From an uncultured Gemmatimonadales bacterium (GTDB taxonomy: Bacteria > Gemmatimonadota > Gemmatimonadetes > Gemmatimonadales > GWC2-71-9), in the NCBI GenBank assembly GCA_963821525.1, contig CAWGED010000008.1, forward strand, positions 128,001-192,000: 64,000 nt of DNA, given 5' to 3'. The stretch's first letter is position 1, and the number at the start of each line of letters is the position of its first letter. A program made the position numbers and the translations under genes. Under the pieces are notes generated by a model. That model did not search any database. It had not been told where the DNA came from and saw only the letters and a list, made by a program, of their open reading frames with translations. Shown here piece by piece: positions 54,440 to 62,830 of the stretch.

Positions 54440-54905
54440 ATGCCCAGATGCGCTCGCGTTCTCCCGCTCCTGGTTCTTTTCCTGGTGGCCCGCCCGCTGG
54501 CGGGTCAGTCGTTCGTTACTCCCATACAGGATCTCAACTTTGGCATCGTGATCCGGGGAGTCACTACGTCGGTGACACCCACCGATCCCGTACGGCGCGG
54601 GAGGTTTTACGTAAAGCACATCCTCAATCACAAGGTCGGTCTGCGTTTCACACTGCCGAATCGGCTCGACCGAGTCGGCGGTGGCGCGACGATGCCGATC
54701 AATTTCGGGCGCGAACGATCTGATGATTCAGGGTACCGCGAGCAACTCCGTGCCCGAGTTCTTCAATCCCCACGGCAACCAGAATTACAATCTGGATACC
54801 AGCCCGGACATCTATCTGAATCTGGGAGGCCAGGTCTCCCCGGCTGCCAATCAGCCGACCGGGACCTACATCGGCACCATCACGCTTACCTGCACCTTCT
54901 TCTGA
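54440..54905 (+). CDS. Second DUF4402-like pilin subunit (frameshift ~54710)
   Basis: Signal peptide, LNFG, C-terminal TGTYIGTITLTCTFF in ORF 54681..54905. Confidence 0.72.
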
Positions 54906-54907
54906 CC

Positions 54908-55735
54908 GTGCGTCAGCTGTTCGCTCTTGTCGCCGTCGTCGCGGGATTCACCCGCGTCGCCGCCGCCCAGGGAGTTCTCGTCGCACCGCACGCTATTTAT
55001 CTCGACCATCGCACCCGCAGCGGGTCCCTGACGCTGTACAACCCCGGCGCCGATCCGGTCGAAATCACGGTCAGTACTTTCTTCGGCTATCCATCGACCG
55101 ATTCCCTCGGTCAGTTCACCATAGTCACGCCCGACTCGGTCGAAGCTGGAATGCCATCGGCGGCGGAATGGATCGATGCCTTTCCCCGCCGGATGACGCT
55201 CGCGCCACTTCAGCGGCAGACGGTTCGCCTGCTGGCTCGACCGCCGCAGGGCCTGGCGGACGGAGAGTACTGGTCCCGCGTTCTCATTTCCGCCAAGGGC
55301 GGGGTGCTCCAGGTCGCACAGGCAGATTCCAGCGGCATTTCGGTCGGATTGAACCTCGAGGTGCGTTCGATCCTGCCGCTCATCTATCGCAAGGGCCAGC
55401 TGCAGACCGGCCTCGCATTGACCGATCTCCGCGCCGGCCGAGAGGGCGATTCGCTGCGGGTCCGGGTCCGCATGGAGCGCCAGGGCGGAGCCGCCTACGT
55501 CGGCACTGCGAAAGGCACTCTGCTGGACGAGAAGGGCAATCAGGTCGACAAGTTCGAGCAGCCGATCGCCATCTACTACACCGCCGAGCCGGCGTTCATG
55601 ATCTCGCTCGCGGGACGAACCTCGGGGCGTTATCGACTGCGTCTCGAGCTCTCCACCGAACGGACGGACATCGCTCCCGAGCTGTTGCTTCGAGCACCAG
55701 TAACCCGCGACTCGATTGACGTGACCTTGCCATGA
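54908..55735 (+). CDS. Periplasmic pilus chaperone (PapD-like)
   Basis: VLVAPHAIYL...LTLYN, FPRRMTLAP.QRQTVRL, DGEYWSRV, LPLIYRKG. Confidence 0.78.
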   Translation: MRQLFALVAVVAGFTRVAAAQGVLVAPHAIYLDHRTRSGSLTLYNPGADPVEITVSTFFGYPSTDSLGQFTIVTPDSVEAGMPSAAEWIDAFPRRMTLAPLQRQTVRLLARPPQGLADGEYWSRVLISAKGGVLQVAQADSSGISVGLNLEVRSILPLIYRKGQLQTGLALTDLRAGREGDSLRVRVRMERQGGAAYVGTAKGTLLDEKGNQVDKFEQPIAIYYTAEPAFMISLAGRTSGRYRLRLELSTERTDIAPELLLRAPVTRDSIDVTLP

Positions 55736-58281
55736 CCCGGACCGTCCGCTTCGTGGCACTGCTCCTTTCGCTGGCCGGGTTCGGCTCGCGACTCGCGGCG
55801 CAACAGGCGGAGCCGGTGCTGATCGAGCTGCAGTTGGGCCGCCTGACCGGACGGACGGTAGAGGCGTTTCGGGCCGGCGACGCGGCGCTGGTCCCGGTCG
55901 GAGCGTTCTTCGACCTCGCAGAGATTCACACGGACCGCCGTTCCGATGGCAGCCTGGAGGCGCTGGTCCAGCCGGGGAATGTGCGGTTCGTCCTCGATCC
56001 CGCAAGCAAGAAGCTCACGCTGGGCAAGGAACGGATCGTCCTGACTGCCGACCAGCTCCAATCCACACCGTCCGATGTCTACCTCGATACGCGAGTCCTG
56101 GGCCGCGCCTTTGGACTCGATTGGGACGTGAGTTGGCAGGACTTGCAGGTCACGGTGCTCGAGCCAGGGGCGTTGCCTGTGGCGCGACGGCTACAGCGGG
56201 AATCCATGATGCGGGCCCGGCTCGCCAGCTCCAGCACCCCCGAATACACCGGCCTGAGGCTGGGTCTTGAGCGTCCCCGGGTGAACGGGATGGTATTCGA
56301 TTACTCCCTGCTGACTCCCACCACCGGATTCGACGCCGGTGCGTACTCCACCATGCTCGGGCTTGATGTCTTTGGCGGTTCGTTCGGGCTGGGACTGCAG
56401 AGTCAGAACGGCACTGGTCGCCCGCCCCGCGCCGATATCGGCTGGAACGGGATCTGGCGGGAGAACCGCTGGTTGACCCAGGCCCAGCTTGGCGACGGGA
56501 TCAGCAGTGGTCCGCGAGCCCGCAGCCTGCGGGGTTTCTCCATTTCGAACAGTCCGTACGTCCGCCCGATGGCCGTCGGCAATCTCCCCTTCACGGGTCA
56601 GCTCGGCACCGGCTGGAGCATCGAGGCATATCGGGGCGGGCGATTGATCGGCTTCGACTCGGTGAACGCGCTGGGCCAATTTTCGTTTGACCTGCCGATC
56701 CAGTACGGCGAGAACCCGGTCGATTTCATCGCCTATGGACCATTCGGCGAGATTCGGGAATTCAACCAGACCTATCGCCTGCGCACCGACGCGCTGCCAG
56801 CCCGCCGATTCGAGTACGGCCTGTCCCTTGGCCAGTGCCGGACCGCCCAGTGCGACGCCACGGGGAATGTCGATCTCCGCTACGGCATCTCTAGTCGCTG
56901 GAGCGCGCGGGCAGGTTTCGACGGATTCTGGCGGACCCGTCCCGGCAATCTCCTGCACCCCTATGCAGGTCTCTTCGGCTCGCTGACCAATTCCGTGAGT
57001 CTCGAAGCCGAGGCGGTGCGAGATGCCGTAGTGCGGGGAGCGCTCCGGTTCGAGCCGTCGACCGATCTTCAGTTCCAGGCTGACGTCTATCGCTTTGCTT
57101 CAGCAGTGCGGGACCCGATCCTGACCCCCGAGGGCAGGACAGACCAGGTAACGCTCTCAGCATTCCTCCGGCCGATCAGCCGGATGGGCTCCAACTACCT
57201 GGAAGCAAGTCTGGACCGGATCAATACCACCTCAGGAAGACTGACGAGCGGCCGACTCGGTGCATCATTCCAGGTGACTGAAGTGCGGATTCTCCCGGCA
57301 GTCCGCTTCCAGCGTCAGGAGACTGGATTCAGCCCCGCAACGAGCGCGACGTTCCTCGGGTTTAACACGTTCATACTCCCTCGCCGGAGCCTCGGGCCGG
57401 TGCTCGGCAGCCTCTCGGCAAGGACGACGTTCGAAATGCAGCCCGGGGTCGGACCGGTCAACGCGTCCGCCTACGTCGGCGCACCGATCCTCAAAGGCCT
57501 CCGGGCGGAGACGGGGATGACCTGGTACCGAGGTAGTCGGAGTCCCGGATTCTCCCTGCTCATCGCAGCCGAACTCCCTACCGTTCGCTCCTACACCACA
57601 GTGACCGCGGGTGGAGGAGCCGAGCCGTTGGGGACCCAGTACATCTCGGGTTCCACCATCTACAATCCGACCCGAAGCAGCATGGATTTCTCGGGTAGCC
57701 CGGCCCTCTCCCGTGGCGGCGTTACCGGTCGAGTGTTTCTGGACCTGAACGCCAACGGGCGAATGGATGAGGGCGAGCAGCCGCTGGCCGGTGTTCGCAT
57801 CGTGGTCGGCCCAATCTGGAGCACGTCGGACTCGAGCGGCCGGTACCGGGCGTGGGACCTCCTGCCCTACGAACCCACGATCGTGGCCGTGGACTCGAGC
57901 ACTCTTGCCTCTCCGCTCTGGGTGCCGGCGTTTGCCGCCGCATCGGTTGAACCGTCGCCCAATCGCTACCGCACCCTTGATATCCCGGTACTCCCGGGCG
58001 GTGTCGTGGAAGGACGGGTGACTGGCCAGGCCATGGGTGGCCTCACCCTTCGGCTCAAGCACAAGGCCTCGGGCGAGCAGCGTATTCTCACGACTTTCAG
58101 TGACGGGACCTTCTACGGAATCGGCATCCGCCCCGGCGACTGGGAACTCACGGTCGACCCCAAGTGTCTCGAGGTCCTCAAGGCGGCAGCCGAGCCACTC
58201 AAGTTCACTATGCTTCCCAACGAAGAAGGCAGCGCGGTAGAAGGCCTCGAGGTTCAGCTCTACTTCGCCACAGACCGGTAA
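55732..58281 (+). CDS. Usher-like outer-membrane protein
   Basis: 849 aa; YRGGRLI..GQFSFDLPIQYGEN; C-terminal GRVFLDLNANGRMDEGE Ig-like domain. Confidence 0.72.
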   Translation: MTRTVRFVALLLSLAGFGSRLAAQQAEPVLIELQLGRLTGRTVEAFRAGDAALVPVGAFFDLAEIHTDRRSDGSLEALVQPGNVRFVLDPASKKLTLGKERIVLTADQLQSTPSDVYLDTRVLGRAFGLDWDVSWQDLQVTVLEPGALPVARRLQRESMMRARLASSSTPEYTGLRLGLERPRVNGMVFDYSLLTPTTGFDAGAYSTMLGLDVFGGSFGLGLQSQNGTGRPPRADIGWNGIWRENRWLTQAQLGDGISSGPRARSLRGFSISNSPYVRPMAVGNLPFTGQLGTGWSIEAYRGGRLIGFDSVNALGQFSFDLPIQYGENPVDFIAYGPFGEIREFNQTYRLRTDALPARRFEYGLSLGQCRTAQCDATGNVDLRYGISSRWSARAGFDGFWRTRPGNLLHPYAGLFGSLTNSVSLEAEAVRDAVVRGALRFEPSTDLQFQADVYRFASAVRDPILTPEGRTDQVTLSAFLRPISRMGSNYLEASLDRINTTSGRLTSGRLGASFQVTEVRILPAVRFQRQETGFSPATSATFLGFNTFILPRRSLGPVLGSLSARTTFEMQPGVGPVNASAYVGAPILKGLRAETGMTWYRGSRSPGFSLLIAAELPTVRSYTTVTAGGGAEPLGTQYISGSTIYNPTRSSMDFSGSPALSRGGVTGRVFLDLNANGRMDEGEQPLAGVRIVVGPIWSTSDSSGRYRAWDLLPYEPTIVAVDSSTLASPLWVPAFAAASVEPSPNRYRTLDIPVLPGGVVEGRVTGQAMGGLTLRLKHKASGEQRILTTFSDGTFYGIGIRPGDWELTVDPKCLEVLKAAAEPLKFTMLPNEEGSAVEGLEVQLYFATDR

Positions 58282-58285
58282 GCAA

Positions 58286-58311
58286 ACAACCCCGCACCGC
58301 GCGGGGTTGTT
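58286..58311. terminator. Hairpin terminator after usher gene
   Basis: ACAACCCCGC/GCGGGGTTGT stem between convergent genes. Confidence 0.7.
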
Positions 58312-58396
58312 CGAACCCGGGCGGGGAGCCACGGGTCTGTGAAACCGGCCGTTGTTACAGCTGGCCGCAGGTAGGACCGGCCGGCTTCAGTTCGAG

Positions 58397-58738
58397 TTAG
58401 TCGCTCTCCCGGAAGTACCGACCATCACACTCATAGACATACACCTCGCGCAGCCCGGGACGCCGGTCGTCGTAGCGATCGTAGTACCGGTCGCCGCTCG
58501 GGTCATACCAGGCGACAACCCGGTGTCGCGGCTTCTTGTACCAGCCACGATGCCGGCCGTGGTTCCGTTCAACCACGATCACGCGGGCAACATGGTAGCG
58601 AGGGTAGTAGTAGGGATTCACCGCGACCCGAGCAGCGACCGGTCCCTGGTGAATCACGATCTCCGCGCTGACGACTTGAGCTCTGAGCGCCTGAGGAACG
58701 ACCAGCGCGATGACGGCGACAAGCAATTTGGCCTTCAT
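58397..58738 (-). CDS. Small secreted Tyr/Arg-rich protein
   Basis: GAGG RBS, signal peptide, HGRHRGW motif. Confidence 0.7.
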   Translation of the reverse strand: MKAKLLVAVIALVVPQALRAQVVSAEIVIHQGPVAARVAVNPYYYPRYHVARVIVVERNHGRHRGWYKKPRHRVVAWYDPSGDRYYDRYDDRRPGLREVYVYECDGRYFRESD

Positions 58739-58920
58739 GCTGACCTCGTTCGATTGGACAGGGGACGCCGGAAGCCAAGGCGAGCCCCATGCCGTGCGGA
58801 AAGTGTCCATCGAACAAGGACTTGCGCCGGATCACCTGGGGAGACGCCGTCCCTTGAGCCGGACGTTGAGCTGGCGAATGTCCCCCAGCGCGGCGGTCCT
58901 CGAATGCGTTGCCTGCCGCC

Positions 58921-58949
58921 TTGACAGCCTCAGAGGTGGCGGACATACT
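58921..58949 (+). promoter_or_regulatory. Sigma70 promoter of the fae operon
   Basis: TTGACA-N17-CATACT. Confidence 0.7.
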
Positions 58950-59120
58950 AGGTGCCCCTGAGGTTCCGTTTACGAGCCTCGAGCTACCCGCCCTGGCGGG
59001 ACCGCGTGCAGTGGAGTTCATCCGTTCGCACGTCGCTCCTGTGCCCCAGCTCCCGATCTGTCGAGCACACTTATGTGGCAGCAGATCCTTTCTTTCTTTA
59101 AAACGCAGATGGAGGTAGAC

Positions 59121-59633
59121 ATGGCAGCGGATTTCTTCATTGGCGAGTCGCTGGTAGGGGATGGGAACGAGATCGCCCACGTCGACCTCATCATCGGCTC
59201 CAAGAGCGGCGTTGCCGGTGCCGCCTTCGTTAACGCGCTTTCGAACCAAAAGGATGGCTTCAGCACCTTGCTCGCAGTGGTCACCCCAAATCTGCCGTGC
59301 AAGCCCGACACCATTCTGTTCAACAAGGTCACCATCAAGGGCGCCAAGCAGGCGGTCCAGATGTTCGGCCCGGCCCAGACGGCGGTGGCGCGCGCGGTAG
59401 TGGACAGCGTGGCCTCGGGAGTCATTCCCAAGGACAAGGCCAACGACTGGTGCGTCCTGGTCGGAGTGTTCATCCACTGGCAGGCGGAAGACAACAAGAA
59501 GATCTACCAGTTCAACTACGAGGCCACGAAGCAGTCCATCGAGCGGGCGCTCAAGGGCCTGCCGACGGTCGATTCGGTCCTGAGTGGCGCCAAGACCGCC
59601 CGGCACCCGTTCTCGGGGGTCGACGGGGTCTGA
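59121..59633 (+). CDS. fae: Formaldehyde-activating enzyme
   Basis: [57 protein letters not shown]. Confidence 0.96.
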   Translation: MAADFFIGESLVGDGNEIAHVDLIIGSKSGVAGAAFVNALSNQKDGFSTLLAVVTPNLPCKPDTILFNKVTIKGAKQAVQMFGPAQTAVARAVVDSVASGVIPKDKANDWCVLVGVFIHWQAEDNKKIYQFNYEATKQSIERALKGLPTVDSVLSGAKTARHPFSGVDGV

Positions 59634-59659
59634 TTCACCGGCCGGCCAAGACGGAATCA

Positions 59660-59694
59660 ACGAGGGGGCGGGCCGGGCCCGCCCCTTCGTGTTT
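59660..59694 (+). terminator. Hairpin between fae and mtd
   Basis: ACGAGGGGGCGGGC/GCCCGCCCCTTCGT followed by GTTT. Confidence 0.65.
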
Positions 59695-59729
59695 CCCGCT
59701 CACTGTCCAAGACTTTTCGTGGCGAGAAG

Positions 59730-60599
59730 ATGATGCGGAAGCTTCTGTTGCAGCTCGACAGCTCCAGACTGGCGAGCGTGTTTGATAAAATCGTGGCCTA
59801 CGATGCCGGTGCAGACCAGGTCCTGAGTTACGGCGGAGTCGCCCCGGAGGACGTCCGGGACCTGGTTCATGGCTGCATTTTCACCCGCGGACCAAAGGAC
59901 CTGCACAACACGGCGGTCTGGATCGGCGGGAACAACATGTCTCAGGGCGAACAGCTCCTCGCCATGGCGCAGGATGCCCTGTTCAAACCCTTCACCGTTT
60001 CCATCATGCTCGACTCGAACGGGTCCAACACCACGGCGGCCGCCGCGGTGGTGAAGATCGAGCAGGCCATGGACACCGTGAAAGGCAAACGAGTCGTGGT
60101 CGTCGCCGGAACCGGACCGGTCGGGCAGCGGGTCGCTGGACTGCTGGGCAAGGGTGGCGCCAAGGTCGTCATCACCTCGCGCAAGCCGGAACAGGGCGAA
60201 AAGGCCCGGCGCAGCATTGGCGAGCGGTTCGAGATTCCGGTCGAGATTACCGAGCTGAGCAGCCCGGATCAGGCGAGCAAAGTTCTGGACAAGGCGGACA
60301 TTCTGGTCAACGCCGGGCCGGCTGGGGTGATGATGGTTCCCAAGGCCGCCTGGTTCGACCGTGGAGTAAAGGTGGTAGTGGACTTCAACGCCGTTTCGCC
60401 GGTCGGAGTTGAAGGAGTCGAGCTCAACGACGCGGGAGAAAAGCGCGGCGGTGCCGTGGTCTTCGGCGCTTTCGGGGTGGGGAATTTCAAGACCAAGCTG
60501 CACAAGCGGTGCGTAGCACGACTGTTTGAAAAGAATGACCTCGTACTGGACGCCGAGGGGATCGCCGATATCGCGCGGGAGATGCTGGCGGGCTCCTGA
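59730..60599 (+). CDS. NAD(P)-dependent methylene-H4MPT/H4F dehydrogenase (MtdA/MtdC type)
   Basis: KLLLQLD..SVFD..AYDAGAD, IFTRG, MLDSNGSNTTAAAAV, GTGPVG. Confidence 0.92.
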   Translation: MMRKLLLQLDSSRLASVFDKIVAYDAGADQVLSYGGVAPEDVRDLVHGCIFTRGPKDLHNTAVWIGGNNMSQGEQLLAMAQDALFKPFTVSIMLDSNGSNTTAAAAVVKIEQAMDTVKGKRVVVVAGTGPVGQRVAGLLGKGGAKVVITSRKPEQGEKARRSIGERFEIPVEITELSSPDQASKVLDKADILVNAGPAGVMMVPKAAWFDRGVKVVVDFNAVSPVGVEGVELNDAGEKRGGAVVFGAFGVGNFKTKLHKRCVARLFEKNDLVLDAEGIADIAREMLAGS

Positions 60600-60622
60600 T
60601 GAAGTCCGTCTAGAGCTTCACC

Positions 60623-61672
60623 ATGGTCCGAGTCATCGGGATCGACCCCGGCACCGTGAGCCTCGATCTTTGCGGATTGGACGGCGAACAGGTCTGGCTG
60701 GATCAATCGCTGCCTACGGCTTCGGCGCTGGAGTCACCCCAATCATTGATAGAGCTGCTACGCGAAGCGGGTCCGGATCTCATCGCCGGCCCGTCCGGCT
60801 ACGGTCTTCCCATGGTCCCCGCCGACGAGCTGCGCGAAGAGGATCTTCGTCTGGCCTACCTTTCTCGACCCGGCGAACCGGGAGGGATCGGAGGGTTGAG
60901 CCGCTTGGCCCGCGCCCTCGCGGATAGCCGGCTGCCGGTGGTGTTCACCCCGGCGGTGATCCACCTGCCGACCGTGCCCCGACATCGCAAGCTCAACCGG
61001 GTGGACCTGGGTACCGCCGAGAAAGTCGCCGCGGCGGCGCTCGGAGTGTGGGATCAGGGCCAGCGGAGGCAGCTTCCTCCCAAGGACACCTCGTTCATTC
61101 TGGTTGATCTTGGGGGCGCGTTCACGGCACTCATCGCCGTGAGTGATGGGCAAGTGGTGGATGGGATGGGAGGCACCAGCGGACCTATGGGTTGGCATTC
61201 GTCGGGCGCCTGGGACGGTGAAGTCGCTTTCCTCGCCGGCACGGTGGACAAGACCATGCTCTTTGCGGGCGGTGTCGAGTCCATTGCCGCGGCGGAAAGC
61301 GGTGAGCCGAACCCCGGCGCAATTGCGATTCAGGGATACGTCGAAGGCGTGATGAAAGGGGTGCTGTCTCTCACCGCGTCGTTGCCCCAGCCGGCCGAGA
61401 TTCTGCTCGCGGGACGCCGGGCCCGGGATCCTCGAGTACGTGATCCTCTGGTCGCCCGGTTGGAAGACATAGCACCGGTTCGGGAGCTCAGCGGTTTCGC
61501 CAAGGTCACCAAACAGGGAGCGCAGGGGGCGGCGCTCATCGCCGATGGCCTGGCAGGCGGGCGCTGGGCTGAGCTGGTAGACACCATGCGATTGCGAGAG
61601 GCTTCGGGCACGGCGCTCGACCATCTCAGCGTGATCACTCCGGCCCGCGCCCGGGAGCGGCTGGGGCTCTGA
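60623..61672 (+). CDS. DUF1464-like ASKHA-fold (butyrate-kinase-like) protein
   Basis: VIGIDPGTVSLD, AGPSGYGLP, HRKLNRVDLGTAEK, VDGMGGT, AQGAALIADGLAGG. Confidence 0.8.
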   Translation: MVRVIGIDPGTVSLDLCGLDGEQVWLDQSLPTASALESPQSLIELLREAGPDLIAGPSGYGLPMVPADELREEDLRLAYLSRPGEPGGIGGLSRLARALADSRLPVVFTPAVIHLPTVPRHRKLNRVDLGTAEKVAAAALGVWDQGQRRQLPPKDTSFILVDLGGAFTALIAVSDGQVVDGMGGTSGPMGWHSSGAWDGEVAFLAGTVDKTMLFAGGVESIAAAESGEPNPGAIAIQGYVEGVMKGVLSLTASLPQPAEILLAGRRARDPRVRDPLVARLEDIAPVRELSGFAKVTKQGAQGAALIADGLAGGRWAELVDTMRLREASGTALDHLSVITPARARERLGL

Positions 61673-62830
61673 TGCGCCCATCTCTCCCTTCAGTTCTTCT
61701 GGCCGGCATGTCGGTGCGGGCCATGGCGGAGTCAGCGGCGAAGGACGGCTACCGGGTCACAGCGGTGGATGGCTTCGGAGACCTGGACACAATCCGAGCA
61801 TCGGATCGCGTTCTCACCCCGCGGCGCGACCTCAATCGCCCGTACAGTATCGAACGCCTGGTCACCCTCTCGAAGTTGGTCACGGCAGATTCATTCGCCT
61901 ACGGTGCCAATCTCGAGAACCACCCTGCGGCACTCGGCAGACTGGCGGAGGGACGGACTCTCCTGGGCAATGGAGCTGCCGAGCTCCGCCTCGCACGCAA
62001 CCCGATCAGGCTGGCGAAGATTCTGCGCAGGTATCGACTCGCCGTTGGCAAACGTTCGCACGACTCCTCCCTCCACTGGAGAATGGCTGCTCAAAGGGCG
62101 GCGTTCGGGTGGCGGGCGTGCAATAGTAACGTGGAGAGAGGGCATGCCTGTCCCGCGCTCGTGTTACTTGCAGGAGCGCATTCGCGGGATACCCGCATCA
62201 ATCGTCTTCAGCGCCGATGGTGAGCGGATTATTCCCCTCGCGATCACCCGCCAACTCATTGGAGTTCGATGGCTGGGAGCAGCAGCGTATTGGTACAGCG
62301 GCAACATTCTGGCGCCCGCGAAGGATTCCCATCTCCCTCAAGGCGAGGCGCTTTTCGAACGAGCAAGGGCCGTAGCTGAGGTTATCGCCGAGAGCTGCGG
62401 TCTCAAGGGCGTGAATGGCGTGGACTTCATCGCCCAGGACGGAGTCCCCATCGCTATCGAGGTGAATCCGCGCTACTCAGCTTCGCTCGAGCTGGTCGAG
62501 CGGGCCTTCGGGGTCTCGGCATTCCAGCTCCACGTGCTCGGTTGTCGAAAGAAGTTGCCAGCCTCCCTCGAAATCCCTCGCCGCTTCCCCGCGACAGGCA
62601 AGGCCATTGTCTACGCCCGCCGTGCCGTGATTGCGGGAGAGACTCGCCGTTGGCTGGATGATCCGAGCATCGCGGACATTCCCTGGCCTGGCGAGCGTAT
62701 CCAACCCGGCCATCCGATCTGTACCGTCTTCGCCTCCGCTCGGTCCGCAGCCGAATGCGAGATCAGGCTTCGTGCTCGGGCCGAGAGGGTGTACTCAGAG
62801 TTGACGATTGCGAAAGGACGGGCAGCGTGA
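61672..62830 (+). CDS. ATP-grasp protein of H4MPT/methanofuran C1 clusters (frameshift ~62048)
   Basis: SVRAMAESA..DGFGDLD; K...SGGG, QERIRG, GVDF, EVNPRYSAS, G.PICTV. Confidence 0.8.

Noticed and set aside
54440..55735. Pilin-chaperone fusion protein (431 aa)
   Set aside because: Pilin C-terminus lies in another frame ending at 54905, and the chaperone has its own GTG and signal peptide at 54908
4104..62830. Widespread pseudogenisation or programmed frameshifting
   Set aside because: Single-base shifts hit many unrelated genes, including ispH, without other decay; uncorrected sequencing indels are the simpler explanation
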